The notes under the pieces: model-generated
What the model was told of the DNA's origin: nothing
Databases searched by the model: none
Seen by the model: the letters and a program-made list of their open reading frames with translations, nothing else
Program-made: the position numbers and the translations under genes
Virus record (IMG/VR): IMGVR_UViG_3300050011_000047
Coordinates: 14,132 to 78,131 of that record
Strand: one strand, 5' to 3'
From: a virus
Lineage: Duplodnaviria > Heunggongvirae > Uroviricota > Caudoviricetes
Length of the DNA: 64,000 nt
Part shown: one piece after another, positions 55,363 through 63,555 of the stretch
Layout: each line of letters starts with the position of its first letter
Position numbering within the stretch: position 1 is the first letter of the stretch

Positions 55363-55841
55363 CTGTCCCTCCCTCGGATCATGGGCTTGAGCAACTCCTC
55401 GAACACGAAGATCATGGTCGGCGCTGCACCGATCTTACGCTGCCCTCCGCTCGCGCAGTTGAACTCCACATACGCGGTTGCGAACTCGGCGTACATGCCG
55501 GGATCGCTGCCGTAGCGGTAGAAGTCGGCGGGCACTGCGTACTTGCCGTCGAGCGGCCCACCGATGATCGGCCACGCGAGCGGCGGTGCCTCCTTGCGCC
55601 GGTTCAACTGCGCCTCATCGTACTTCGCGCGGCGCTCGGTGACGGTGAGCCCGAGGCACTCAGCGATGCAGTAGCGCGGGCTCCACGTCGGCACCCTGCC
55701 GGTGAGCGCGTCGCGTGACACCGCCACGTCGATCTTGCACAGGCGTCGCTTCCGGCAGGCCGAGCACGTCTCAGTGACGGGCTCGTTCCGTTGCGTCGTG
55801 CAGTCGCGGCAGTTGCAATCGTCGGCGTGCTTGATGCTCAC
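55359..55841 (-). CDS. Cys-containing hypothetical protein
   Basis: GTG start overlapping the tiny peptide stop. ...DDCNCRDCTTQRNEPVTETCSACRKRRLCK... Confidence 0.35.
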   Translation of the reverse strand: MSIKHADDCNCRDCTTQRNEPVTETCSACRKRRLCKIDVAVSRDALTGRVPTWSPRYCIAECLGLTVTERRAKYDEAQLNRRKEAPPLAWPIIGGPLDGKYAVPADFYRYGSDPGMYAEFATAYVEFNCASGGQRKIGAAPTMIFVFEELLKPMIRGRDR

Positions 55842-55915
55842 TTCGGACGGTTCCTCCGCGTGAGCACCGTGAATGCGATGATGAAGACGATGCAGAAGAA
55901 GACGAACGCGCTCAT
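55838..55915 (-). CDS. 25-aa hydrophobic peptide
   Basis: MSAFVFFCIVFIIAFTVLTRRNRPK, ATGA/GTGA-coupled on both sides. Confidence 0.25.
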   Translation of the reverse strand: MSAFVFFCIVFIIAFTVLTRRNRPK

Positions 55916-56238
55916 CGCGTGTCGCCGTCCCCGCGCAGCGTGCCCCGCTCCATGCGGTCGAGCAACTTGGCCGCGTTCTCATCCGCGAGGACTCCGAGCG
56001 CGAGCCCGAACTCCGTGCACATCTGCGCGACGTGCCACAACACGTCTCCGAGTTCGGAGATGATGGCATCCTGCGCCTCGTCGCTCGTGCCCTCGGTGAG
56101 CAACTTCTTCACCTTGTTGGCGACCTCGCCCGCCTCGCCTGCGAGCCCGAGCGTGACGTAGAGCAGCCCGGCGTTGGAACCCTGGCCGGGATAGATCGCC
56201 GTGGCATTTGCCTTGGCCTGATATTCCTCGAAGGTCAT
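55912..56238 (-). CDS. mazG: MazG-like nucleoside triphosphate pyrophosphohydrolase
   Basis: ...LGLAGEAGEVANKVKKLL...ELGDVLWHVAQM... (EAGE motif). Confidence 0.6.
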   Translation of the reverse strand: MTFEEYQAKANATAIYPGQGSNAGLLYVTLGLAGEAGEVANKVKKLLTEGTSDEAQDAIISELGDVLWHVAQMCTEFGLALGVLADENAAKLLDRMERGTLRGDGDTR

Positions 56239-56273
56239 GATGCTCCGATCCTAGTTGAAAGTTGAGAGATTGT

Positions 56274-56558
56274 CTAGTCCTTGCGTGGGCGTCCGCGCAG
56301 AGGCGCGGGGAGCCCGGCGGCTGCGCAGGCGTTGGCCCACGAGCCGAAGTGGCGCTCGGCTGCGCTGCGCAATGCGGCGCTCGCAGTGTTGTAGCCGTTG
56401 CCGTGCTCCTTGAGCGCGGCGATGACGCGGGTGCCGACGGCGGCGCGACGTGCTACGCGACGCTCGGCCTTGACTTGTTCCTTTGAGCCTGCGAGATGGT
56501 CGATGCTCTCATCGCGTAGGCGTGCGTCGAGGCGTGCGCCTCTTGAACTAAACAACAT
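56274..56558 (-). CDS. hypothetical basic protein
   Basis: Start ATG (MLFSSRGARLD...) with a perfect GAAGGAGGAG SD inside the primase 3' end. Ends ...RGRPRKD. Confidence 0.4.
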   Translation of the reverse strand: MLFSSRGARLDARLRDESIDHLAGSKEQVKAERRVARRAAVGTRVIAALKEHGNGYNTASAALRSAAERHFGSWANACAAAGLPAPLRGRPRKD

Positions 56559-59157
56559 CTCCTCCTTCGGGTTCGTCAATCAGGTGTAGGTCTTTGATGA
56601 GCGCGGCGTAGAGCGGTTGGTTCGTCGTCGGGCTCGTGAGATGGATGTGCTCGATGGGGTACCGTTCCCGGAAGTACGCGAGCATGGCGCGCGATCCGCC
56701 CGGCATCTTGATGTCCGTGCCCTTGGTCACGAGCGTGACGAGATGCTTCGAGCGCACGAACGTGCCGCGTTCATCGTTCCACGCAACCGGGTTGCCGGAC
56801 GCATCCTTCATCGACATGCCTGCCTTGAGCGCGGACTCGTACACGTTCTCGCGCTCGTCCTCGGTGACCTCGCGCGTGAAGCACGAGAGGTCAGGATAGA
56901 TCGGCAGGTCAGGTGCGGACTCGTCGCCGTTCACGAGCGCGTGCGAGCACATCGCGCGGAGTGTCTGCCACCCTGCATGGAGGAGGCGCTCGTTGTACTC
57001 GGGGCGCGTGAGCGCAGTCTCGCCCTCAGCATCGAGATAGTCGAGGCGCGGGATGTCCTCACCCACGACGGCGGTGAGTAGGTAATCGTGCAGCGCAGCC
57101 GCGAACCCTTCGAGCGGCTTCGATTGGATGGCCTGCAACGCTGCGCGATTCTGCGCGTTGCGGCGCGGGTGGATGGAGACGGTGCGGTCACGTTCGCGAT
57201 CCAACTCGAACGTGTCCTCGCCTGCGACGATGACGGGCGCGGTGATGTGGTACGAGACGCTCGTCAGGTCGGCCTGCCCTCGCTCGGCCATACCACCGAA
57301 GTACAGGTTGGGGATCGCACCTTGGAATGCCTCGCGCGTGTCCGGGCGCGACATGCGTGTCCACTCGTCCACGAACACCGGGATCGTGGTAGTAGCGGCG
57401 AGAGTACGAAGGAGGATGAAGGGAGTAACGCTGCCGAGGTCGATGGAGATGTCCGAACCCATGAGCCGGAGCGCCAACTGCGCGAGCGTGGACTTGCCGA
57501 CGCCGGATGATCCGCCGATGAACAGGAGCGGGAAGTTCATGACCTCGTGGCGGCGCGCGCTCGCAACGAGCCACGCGAGAAGCGGGTGCGTGATGTCCGT
57601 GTCGGAGAGCGCGAGGAAGTGCTCGATCCACTCCCACTCGAACGGTTCGGTGTCTGCTTCGAGCGGAAGCAGCACGCGCTTGGTGACGTTCGACGCGGAC
57701 TTGCCGGTCGGCGCGTAGCGCCACGGCAGGTCACCAATGTAGCCCTCGGGGTAGACGACGCTCGGGCCTGCGAAGTGGTACTCGGGCGGCGGAAGATGCA
57801 CGCCCACCTGTTCCGTCTGGAAGACCTCAGGCACGATGGCACCCTCAGCCTCGATGTATTCCGCGATCTTCTTGCGGTCAGCATCGGAGCCGGTGAAGAT
57901 GCCCTCCAACTTGTTCGCCCACTTGTTGAGCGTCTGCGTGCTCGCGAGGTCGGAGAGGCGCAAGATCACCTGCTTGCTCGTGGCCCGCGTGTGGAGGATC
58001 GCATCGTAGCCGGGGTCTTCTCCGCCGATCAGACGCGCGAGTGGTTCGACGTACCAACTCGTGACGGTGCGCCAAATCGCGTTGCCGTTGTCGTCCTGCT
58101 TGCCGGTGTCACAGATGTAACCGCCGGGCGCTTGTTGGATGCGATCCGGGTATGCGAGCGGCTTCTTCGCGTGGTCGAGCAGGTGCCGAATCGTCGGACG
58201 CGCACTGCGCAGGTCGCGTGTGTGTGGGAGCGCGCAGACACGGATGTCGGAATGGCCGTAGGCCACGAGCGCGTCGATCCACCGCCGTGTCGCGGCGACG
58301 CCTGCGCGGTCAGGATCGAACGCGAGGTAGATCGTGCCGCCTGTGCCGAGGAAGTCGAGTTGCTCCTGTGATGGCGGGCGCATCGCACCGCTCGGGAGAG
58401 CGAACACGTCGAGCGGGATGCCCTCCTTCGCTGCGTTGAACGCGGCGTACACGTTGTCCGACTCGCCCTCGGTGAGCAGGCAGTCACGGTACCGTCGCCC
58501 GAGCCATGAGCCGTAGAGCGCCGTGTACTTGGAGCCCGGCAGGCTCTCCTTGTGCTCGCCCGTGCGTACCTTGCAGCCGGTAAGGTCACCCGCTGCGTTC
58601 CAGTGCGGCATGAGGATCGCGCCGGAGTCGGGGTCGAGGCCCCATCCGAACGTCGTGCGCAGCATCAAGTCCCACTCGTGCGCGAGCGGCATCGCGTCGG
58701 CGTCGTTCGGGACGAACCCGAGCCGCACTGCGAGCAGGCCGTCCTTCTCTGCGGCTCGACCACGTGCGACGTTGACGCGGTTGATCCAATCGTCCACCTG
58801 TGGTGCGCGGGTCTTGGGCTCGACCGCAGGCGGGGAGTAGCCGGGCGGGAGCGTGGCGTGAATCTTCTGCGCGAACTCGATGGCCTGCGGGAAGTTGTAG
58901 CCGTAGGTGCGCCGGATCAGGTCGAAGATGTCTCCACCGAATCCGCACACCTGGCACCACCAACGTTCAATGCCGTCATCACCATCCCACAGATAGAACG
59001 ACTCGTTCGTGTCAGGATGGAAGGGGCACAACGCCGTACCGTCGGCAAGGATGTGTGGGCCATGTGCTCCTTGATCCGTTAGATAACGAGCCACCACACG
59101 GATAGGAAGCGCGGCCCGAAGTGAATCCTTGTCCGGCCCGAACAAATCCCCGCTCAT
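56548..59157 (-). CDS. bifunctional DNA primase (CHC2 zinc finger/Toprim-like) and P-loop helicase/NTPase
   Basis: ...CPFHPDTNESF...WWCQVCGFGGDIFD (CHC2 Zn finger). C-terminal Walker A FIGGSSGVGKSTL and Walker B VFVDEW. Confidence 0.65.
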   Translation of the reverse strand: MSGDLFGPDKDSLRAALPIRVVARYLTDQGAHGPHILADGTALCPFHPDTNESFYLWDGDDGIERWWCQVCGFGGDIFDLIRRTYGYNFPQAIEFAQKIHATLPPGYSPPAVEPKTRAPQVDDWINRVNVARGRAAEKDGLLAVRLGFVPNDADAMPLAHEWDLMLRTTFGWGLDPDSGAILMPHWNAAGDLTGCKVRTGEHKESLPGSKYTALYGSWLGRRYRDCLLTEGESDNVYAAFNAAKEGIPLDVFALPSGAMRPPSQEQLDFLGTGGTIYLAFDPDRAGVAATRRWIDALVAYGHSDIRVCALPHTRDLRSARPTIRHLLDHAKKPLAYPDRIQQAPGGYICDTGKQDDNGNAIWRTVTSWYVEPLARLIGGEDPGYDAILHTRATSKQVILRLSDLASTQTLNKWANKLEGIFTGSDADRKKIAEYIEAEGAIVPEVFQTEQVGVHLPPPEYHFAGPSVVYPEGYIGDLPWRYAPTGKSASNVTKRVLLPLEADTEPFEWEWIEHFLALSDTDITHPLLAWLVASARRHEVMNFPLLFIGGSSGVGKSTLAQLALRLMGSDISIDLGSVTPFILLRTLAATTTIPVFVDEWTRMSRPDTREAFQGAIPNLYFGGMAERGQADLTSVSYHITAPVIVAGEDTFELDRERDRTVSIHPRRNAQNRAALQAIQSKPLEGFAAALHDYLLTAVVGEDIPRLDYLDAEGETALTRPEYNERLLHAGWQTLRAMCSHALVNGDESAPDLPIYPDLSCFTREVTEDERENVYESALKAGMSMKDASGNPVAWNDERGTFVRSKHLVTLVTKGTDIKMPGGSRAMLAYFRERYPIEHIHLTSPTTNQPLYAALIKDLHLIDEPEGGDVV

Positions 59158-59513
59158 GCGAGCGCCTTGCGGATCGCTTCTTGACGCCGAACACCCATGT
59201 AGGGGTAGATACTCTCCATGAGATCGCGAGCCTTTGAGTATGCGAGGCGAACACGGAACACGGGCTTATGTGTAGGACGATCCTTCCGCACACCCTTGGC
59301 GTCAACCTTCGAGCCGAGGAGATGCGCGATACGCTCGGCAACGTCTTCGTCTGTCGTCTCGCAGACGACGAGCGGGTATGTACGCCCGTGCGGGGAACAG
59401 GTGATGAATGATCCCTCACCTTCAAGATACCCTGCCAAGTAGATGAGCCGCTCGTGCTCGGTAGCAGCGCGAAGCGCGTCCTTATCATGGCCGAACAGGT
59501 CATCCGTGCTCAA
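59154..59513 (-). CDS. LAGLIDADG-like homing endonuclease whose N-terminus copies the primase N-terminus
   Basis: TTG start after an AGAGGAG SD. MSTDDLFGHDKDALRAA (primase: MSGDLFGPDKDSLRAA), then LAGYLEGEGSF. ATGA overlap with the primase start. Confidence 0.5.
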   Translation of the reverse strand: MSTDDLFGHDKDALRAATEHERLIYLAGYLEGEGSFITCSPHGRTYPLVVCETTDEDVAERIAHLLGSKVDAKGVRKDRPTHKPVFRVRLAYSKARDLMESIYPYMGVRRQEAIRKALA

Positions 59514-59570
59514 GTTTTCTCCTCTTTCGTTGGCGAGAGTGTAGCAGAAGTTTAGAACTTGGGAGACGCG

Positions 59571-59663
59571 CTAGCGTGAGACGATGCCGTCCGGGTCGAT
59601 GATGCCGAGCCCCATGCTCCCGCCCGAGAGCGATGCGAGCAGGACACTAACCCACAGTGGCAT
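59571..59663 (-). CDS. 30-aa hydrophobic peptide
   Basis: MPLWVSVLLASLSGGSMGLGIIDPDGIVSR with SD AGGAGGACACCC. Confidence 0.25.
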   Translation of the reverse strand: MPLWVSVLLASLSGGSMGLGIIDPDGIVSR

Positions 59664-59810
59664 TGCGGGTGTCCTCCTGTACGTGGATGCGGCTCGCAGC
59701 CGCGAGGATGGTGGGCTTGATCGACTTGTGCGAGAGCGCGGCGACCGCGTTGTCTGCGTCGATCAGGAACGTGTGGAGCGTGCCCGCGTAGATCGTGATG
59801 AAGTACCGCT

Positions 59811-59993
59811 TCACAGTGGCACAACTTCGCGATGCGCACGACGATGCACCGGCTTGTCCTTGCGCGGACGGCTCGTGATGCCGCCGGGATTCTGCTCGTG
59901 CACGTGCCGAGCCATCTCGGCTTGGGCGTGCAGTAGTTCCTTGACCGTCGCTTCGAGCGCGGCGATGCGCTGCTTGGTGCGGCGGCGGATCAC
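59811..59993 (-). CDS. small coiled-coil hypothetical protein
   Basis: GTG start in GTGA overlap. ...KQRIAALEATVKELLHAQAEMARHVHEQ... Confidence 0.3.
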   Translation of the reverse strand: MIRRRTKQRIAALEATVKELLHAQAEMARHVHEQNPGGITSRPRKDKPVHRRAHREVVPL

Positions 59994-60211
59994 GTGAACG
60001 CCGGGCCTCTGCCCCGAGTGTGCTCGTCCTCAATCTCGGGAGCGGTGCGTACCTGGGTCGGCTCATCTGCCGGGACGTACTCGGCACGGACGCGCTCGAT
60101 GTCGTAGGTGATGCCGTCGTGTACTCGGTTGGCCGTGATGCGGACGTAGCCCACGCCAGTTGCGTCGGCGTCCTGTGTCGCTTCGGTGAGCGCGGTGACC
60201 GCTGCGGGCAT
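59990..60211 (-). CDS. small hypothetical protein
   Basis: MPAAVTALTEATQDADATGVGYVRITANRVHDGITYDIERVRAEYV... is the distal part of ORF 59990-60511. Confidence 0.3.
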   Translation of the reverse strand: MPAAVTALTEATQDADATGVGYVRITANRVHDGITYDIERVRAEYVPADEPTQVRTAPEIEDEHTRGRGPAFT

Positions 60212-60288
60212 GAGTGCCTCATTGCTCACTGCTTCTCCTTCGTTGGTTTGATCGCACCGTAGTAGGATGGCGGGGCGGATGCAAGTTT

Positions 60289-60702
60289 TTAGACTTGGGG
60301 CGTCTTCCGGGCTCGCATGTAGTGCATCATGCACAGGCCCTTGGCCTTGTATGGGCGGTCGCAGCCGGGCAAGGAGCAGTGTTCCGGCGCTTCTCTCGCT
60401 GCGACTCGTGAGGAGAAGGTCGCTCGTATCTGCCGGGCTTCTTCCTGACGTGCTTCCACCCACAGGCGAATCTCCTCGATGATGGCCGGGGTGAACGTGA
60501 GGTCGAACCACTCACCGTGCGAATGGTAGTCGGCATACTGCTCGTGCAACGCATGCTCAATGCGCCACGTACCGGGGAACGTGCCGATGAGTTTGAGCGG
60601 TACCGGCGAGTTAGCGCGGAGCGTGGTAAGACGTAAGAGCGGTGCCTCCGACAAACCAATCTTGGTCTTGCCTCCGCCTGTGATGAAGTAGACGTGCTTC
60701 AT
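60289..60702 (-). CDS. GIY-YIG (T5orf172-type) endonuclease with C-terminal zinc finger
   Basis: MKHVYFITGGGKTKIGLSEAPLLRLTTLRANSPV... C-terminal CSLPGCDRPYKAKGLCMMH. SD GGAGG. Stop codon lies inside the CAAGTTTTT site at 60281-60300. Confidence 0.5.
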   Translation of the reverse strand: MKHVYFITGGGKTKIGLSEAPLLRLTTLRANSPVPLKLIGTFPGTWRIEHALHEQYADYHSHGEWFDLTFTPAIIEEIRLWVEARQEEARQIRATFSSRVAAREAPEHCSLPGCDRPYKAKGLCMMHYMRARKTPQV

Positions 60703-60704
60703 GT

Positions 60705-60840
60705 TACCTCCGTGTCGTGGGTCACCAAGTTTCCAAGTCTCACTAAGTTTAGCAAAAACGAAACTTATCGTGTGTGACGTTCTTGCGTCCTGTGTTTCTT
60801 CTATCATATCTCTTTCATCTTCATTTCTAAGTCTCAGAAT
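60705..60840. promoter_or_regulatory. AT-rich non-coding region with three AAGTTT / AAACTT motif copies (operator-like family)
   Basis: ccAAGTTTcCAAGTctcactAAGTTTagcAAAAACgAAACTTatcgtgtg. GC is far below the genome average. Confidence 0.35.
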
Positions 60841-61312
60841 GGGTATAGAGGTCTACGTAGAGCGACTCATATTGTTTCATTTGGCACATAATCCGCGATT
60901 TAGTCCGGGAGGTACCTATTTCAAACTGCGAGACTTGGAGACTGTAAAGTGCCTGCAAATCGAGCACTGTGTTCTCAGGTTTGGGCGGATCGCCCAAGTC
61001 TCGAAACTGCGCCCGCTGCGTCCATGCCTTCACCCACCGGCAACGACGCATCCGCGCACGCTCACGGCGCTCGAACAGGCGTTCGCCTAGCGGGAACGTG
61101 CGTTCGCCCCTGGCACGGCGCGGCGCACGCTGCTATGCTTCGCAGGCGCTCGGGTAACCGCTAACCCCCGCTTCCTGTAGAGCGGCAGGTGGCGGCAACC
61201 CCGAGCACCGCACGCCGGGCTTGGCGTTACGATCCGGTGGGGCGAAGCAGGCCGATGCCCCCGGCCAGCGCCAGGGGGCGGCGGGTGCCACGGTATCCGT
61301 CGCCCGAGGCGC

Positions 61313-62275
61313 TCAGACGCGGGCGACGACCGGGCCGAACTGCTCGAACGCCTTGACGAAGGTACGCTGCTTCGTGCCGAGGTAGACGAACACGGAACCA
61401 ATGGTGGCCGATGATGCCTTGCCGGTGGGATTGTCCCACTTTATTCGGCCTTCGAGGAAGCACAGGGTTCCGTCCCACAGAGGCTTGAACCACTGCGTGT
61501 CCGTCGAGTAGGCGCTCACGAGCGCGATGGCCTCGGTGACGTTCCCGGCCTCGTACTCCTCGATCAGTTTGGCGACGAATGGCGCTTGAGCCCCGCCATA
61601 GGGCGGGTTCATGAACACACGCCCGGCCCATCGCTTCGAGAGCCCGTCCTGCTCCTCGGTGAAGAACCGCGCGGCTCCGATGGTGCGGTTGGCCTGCGCG
61701 CACGAGGCGGGATCGAGGTCGATGTCTCCGAGCACCTTCCGTACCGCGTCGAGGTAGACGGCGGGCGTGTACCACTCCTGCGAGTCCGAGGTCTTGAGTG
61801 ATCCGACCTCGCCGGAGCGCGCAGTGCGAAGGATAGTCTCATGTGTTACAAGCAACTCCTCCTCAGCGGCGGCGGCTCCATCGAGCGCGGCCCGCACCTT
61901 CTCGACGGCTCCGGTCTTCGCGATCAGACGGCCCTCGGCTACAGCCTGCGAAGTAGTACCAACTGCATCAAGGGTTTGTGGAGAGTAATCCCCTGATTCA
62001 AGGGATTTCTTCGGTTGCCCTTTCCCGGCAATCTCGCCCCGAGCCTGCCCCTCATCTACGAGTGCGGCTAGGCGTTGGAGGGCCTCGGCGCGGTAGAGAG
62101 CGGCCTCGGATTGGATCGGCACAGGCAACTTGGCGCGCTTGGACAGGTCAGCAATGGCGGCGGCGCGGCGCGTCTCCGTGTGCGCTTCGGCGGGTGTGAT
62201 GATGTAGGCGAGGTCGGCACGGCCCTGCGCGATGAGCGCGGGAACGGCCTCGATCTTGGCGAGGGATGTGCTCAA
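61313..62275 (-). CDS. DNA N6-adenine (amino-) methyltransferase
   Basis: ...GDIDLDPASC...RVFMNPPYGG... (NPPY motif IV). TTG start with a GAAGGAGGA SD. Confidence 0.6.
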   Translation of the reverse strand: MSTSLAKIEAVPALIAQGRADLAYIITPAEAHTETRRAAAIADLSKRAKLPVPIQSEAALYRAEALQRLAALVDEGQARGEIAGKGQPKKSLESGDYSPQTLDAVGTTSQAVAEGRLIAKTGAVEKVRAALDGAAAAEEELLVTHETILRTARSGEVGSLKTSDSQEWYTPAVYLDAVRKVLGDIDLDPASCAQANRTIGAARFFTEEQDGLSKRWAGRVFMNPPYGGAQAPFVAKLIEEYEAGNVTEAIALVSAYSTDTQWFKPLWDGTLCFLEGRIKWDNPTGKASSATIGSVFVYLGTKQRTFVKAFEQFGPVVARV

Positions 62276-62383
62276 GGAAATCCTCCTTCTCGGGAGCCTT
62301 CATGGTAGCAAAGTTGTGCTACCGTTTGCTTGTAATCGACCGGCCTTCGTCGCCTCCACCACCCCGCGTTCTCTATCGCGCGC

Positions 62384-62560
62384 ATGTCAGACGCGATGCA
62401 GTCCTCGGGACTCATCCCTCAGACGGTTCTCGCGCAAGCGCGGTCGCAGATGCACAAGGCCGGACGAGTTGGGCAGCAGGACAACCTCGACGGCGCAGTC
62501 CGTGACGTGCTCGTGGACTACGTGTTCAATCGCTCCAAGGGCCGCAAGATCATTCTCTGA
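62384..62560 (+). CDS. small plus-strand hypothetical protein (58 aa), divergent from the methyltransferase gene
   Basis: MSDAMQSSGLIPQTVLAQARSQMHKAGRVGQQDNLDGAVRDVLVDYVFNRSKGRKIIL. GC3 ~80%. Below the ORF-track cutoff. Confidence 0.3.
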   Translation: MSDAMQSSGLIPQTVLAQARSQMHKAGRVGQQDNLDGAVRDVLVDYVFNRSKGRKIIL

Positions 62561-62562
62561 GA

Positions 62563-62617
62563 AACGTGTGTTCGTGCCCGGCCCTCGCCTGAGGAGCCGG
62601 GCGCGAACGTGTGTTCG
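62563..62617. terminator. hairpin GCCCGGC...GCCGGGC (62576-62602) flanked by direct repeats AACGTGTGTTCG (62563-62574 and 62606-62617)
   Basis: Read directly, between convergent genes. Confidence 0.35.
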
Positions 62618-62618
62618 C

Positions 62619-63296
62619 CTAGACGGCGGGTGCGTCGGCGGGCGCGGGCGCTGTCGGAGCAGCGTCCTCGACGGGCGGCGCTGCGTCCGGGGCCGGAGCC
62701 TCGGGAGCAGGCGTCTCTGCCGGTGCGGCTTCTGCGGGCGCGGCGTCCGGTGCGGGCGTCTCGACCACAGGGGCGTCTGCGAGCGTGGGCTCGCCTGCGA
62801 CCTCGGTGCCTGCCTCGACGGCGGGCGTCTCGACCGGCTGACCGGGGATGCCCTCCGATGACACGCCATCGGCTGCGAGAGCAGCATCGACGGCGACCGT
62901 CTCAGGTGCGGGCTCGCCTTCGGCTACCGGGGCAGCCTCGACGGGTGCAGCCTCGGCCGGGGCCTGTGCGGCCTCGGGGGCGGCGGCGGGCTCAGGTGCC
63001 GTCTGTGCCTCGGCGGGCACTGCGGGCGTTCCCTCGTCGGCTGCCGTCTCGATGGCAGGAGCGTCCTCGGTCTTCTCGACCTCGGGCGTCTCGGTTGCCT
63101 CCTCGGCGTCCGATCCTTCGGCGGGTGCGTCGTTCTCGCCTTCGATCAAGTCCACGACCTCATCGACCGCCTCCTCGGCGGCTGCGAGCGCGTCCTTCGC
63201 GGCTGCCTCGGCGGCTGCGAGTTCGGCCTTGATGCGGGACTTGGTGCCCGCTCCTCCGGTGCCGTAAGACTCACCGGGTGTTGTGTTGTCGCCCAT
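62619..63296 (-). CDS. acidic Ala/Pro/Glu-rich low-complexity protein
   Basis: 225 aa. SD GAAGGGAGCC. Confidence 0.45.
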   Translation of the reverse strand: MGDNTTPGESYGTGGAGTKSRIKAELAAAEAAAKDALAAAEEAVDEVVDLIEGENDAPAEGSDAEEATETPEVEKTEDAPAIETAADEGTPAVPAEAQTAPEPAAAPEAAQAPAEAAPVEAAPVAEGEPAPETVAVDAALAADGVSSEGIPGQPVETPAVEAGTEVAGEPTLADAPVVETPAPDAAPAEAAPAETPAPEAPAPDAAPPVEDAAPTAPAPADAPAV

Positions 63297-63334
63297 TGCG
63301 GGCTCCCTTCTTGTGGTGGGTACCTACCACTAGC

Positions 63335-63348
63335 ATCATATCAAACTT
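63335..63348 (+). promoter_or_regulatory. extended -10 promoter TTGTGATAGAAT for rightward transcription
   Basis: TGATAGAAT is identical to the 9601-9609 element. Confidence 0.3.
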
Positions 63349-63555
63349 GTGATAGAATCCTCAGGCTCGGCAAAGACCACCGCATCGCGGCAAGCGCCGG
63401 AATCGCCTTGGTCGGCAGTTTCGGGCTGACTACCGCCACGCGCGATGTCGAGCGAAGCCGGGACGGGTAGCGCGGTATAACGGGCCTCGGCCCTCAAGGC
63501 CGCGTCCGTCCTGGCCCAACTTGCAGGTGGGCTCGCGCTCGTGTACAGTGCGTGC

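Noticed and set aside
59552-59839. 95-aa minus ORF (His/Arg-rich) overlapping the small-gene cluster
   Set aside because: The two other frames give small GTGA-coupled genes (59811-59993; 59647-59814) and an SD-preceded 30-aa peptide (59571-59663), which are more plausible.
60701-61090. ORFs in the AT-rich region (60701-61090 plus, 60827-61051 minus)
   Set aside because: Low-GC region with poor start contexts and odd composition. One short segment (from ATG 60839) could be a small plus-strand gene, but the evidence is too weak to call.
61087-61312. Possible tRNA or tmRNA in the GC-rich spacer
   Set aside because: No GTTCGAATC-like T-loop with flanking 5-bp stems and no 7-bp acceptor pairing could be found on either strand.
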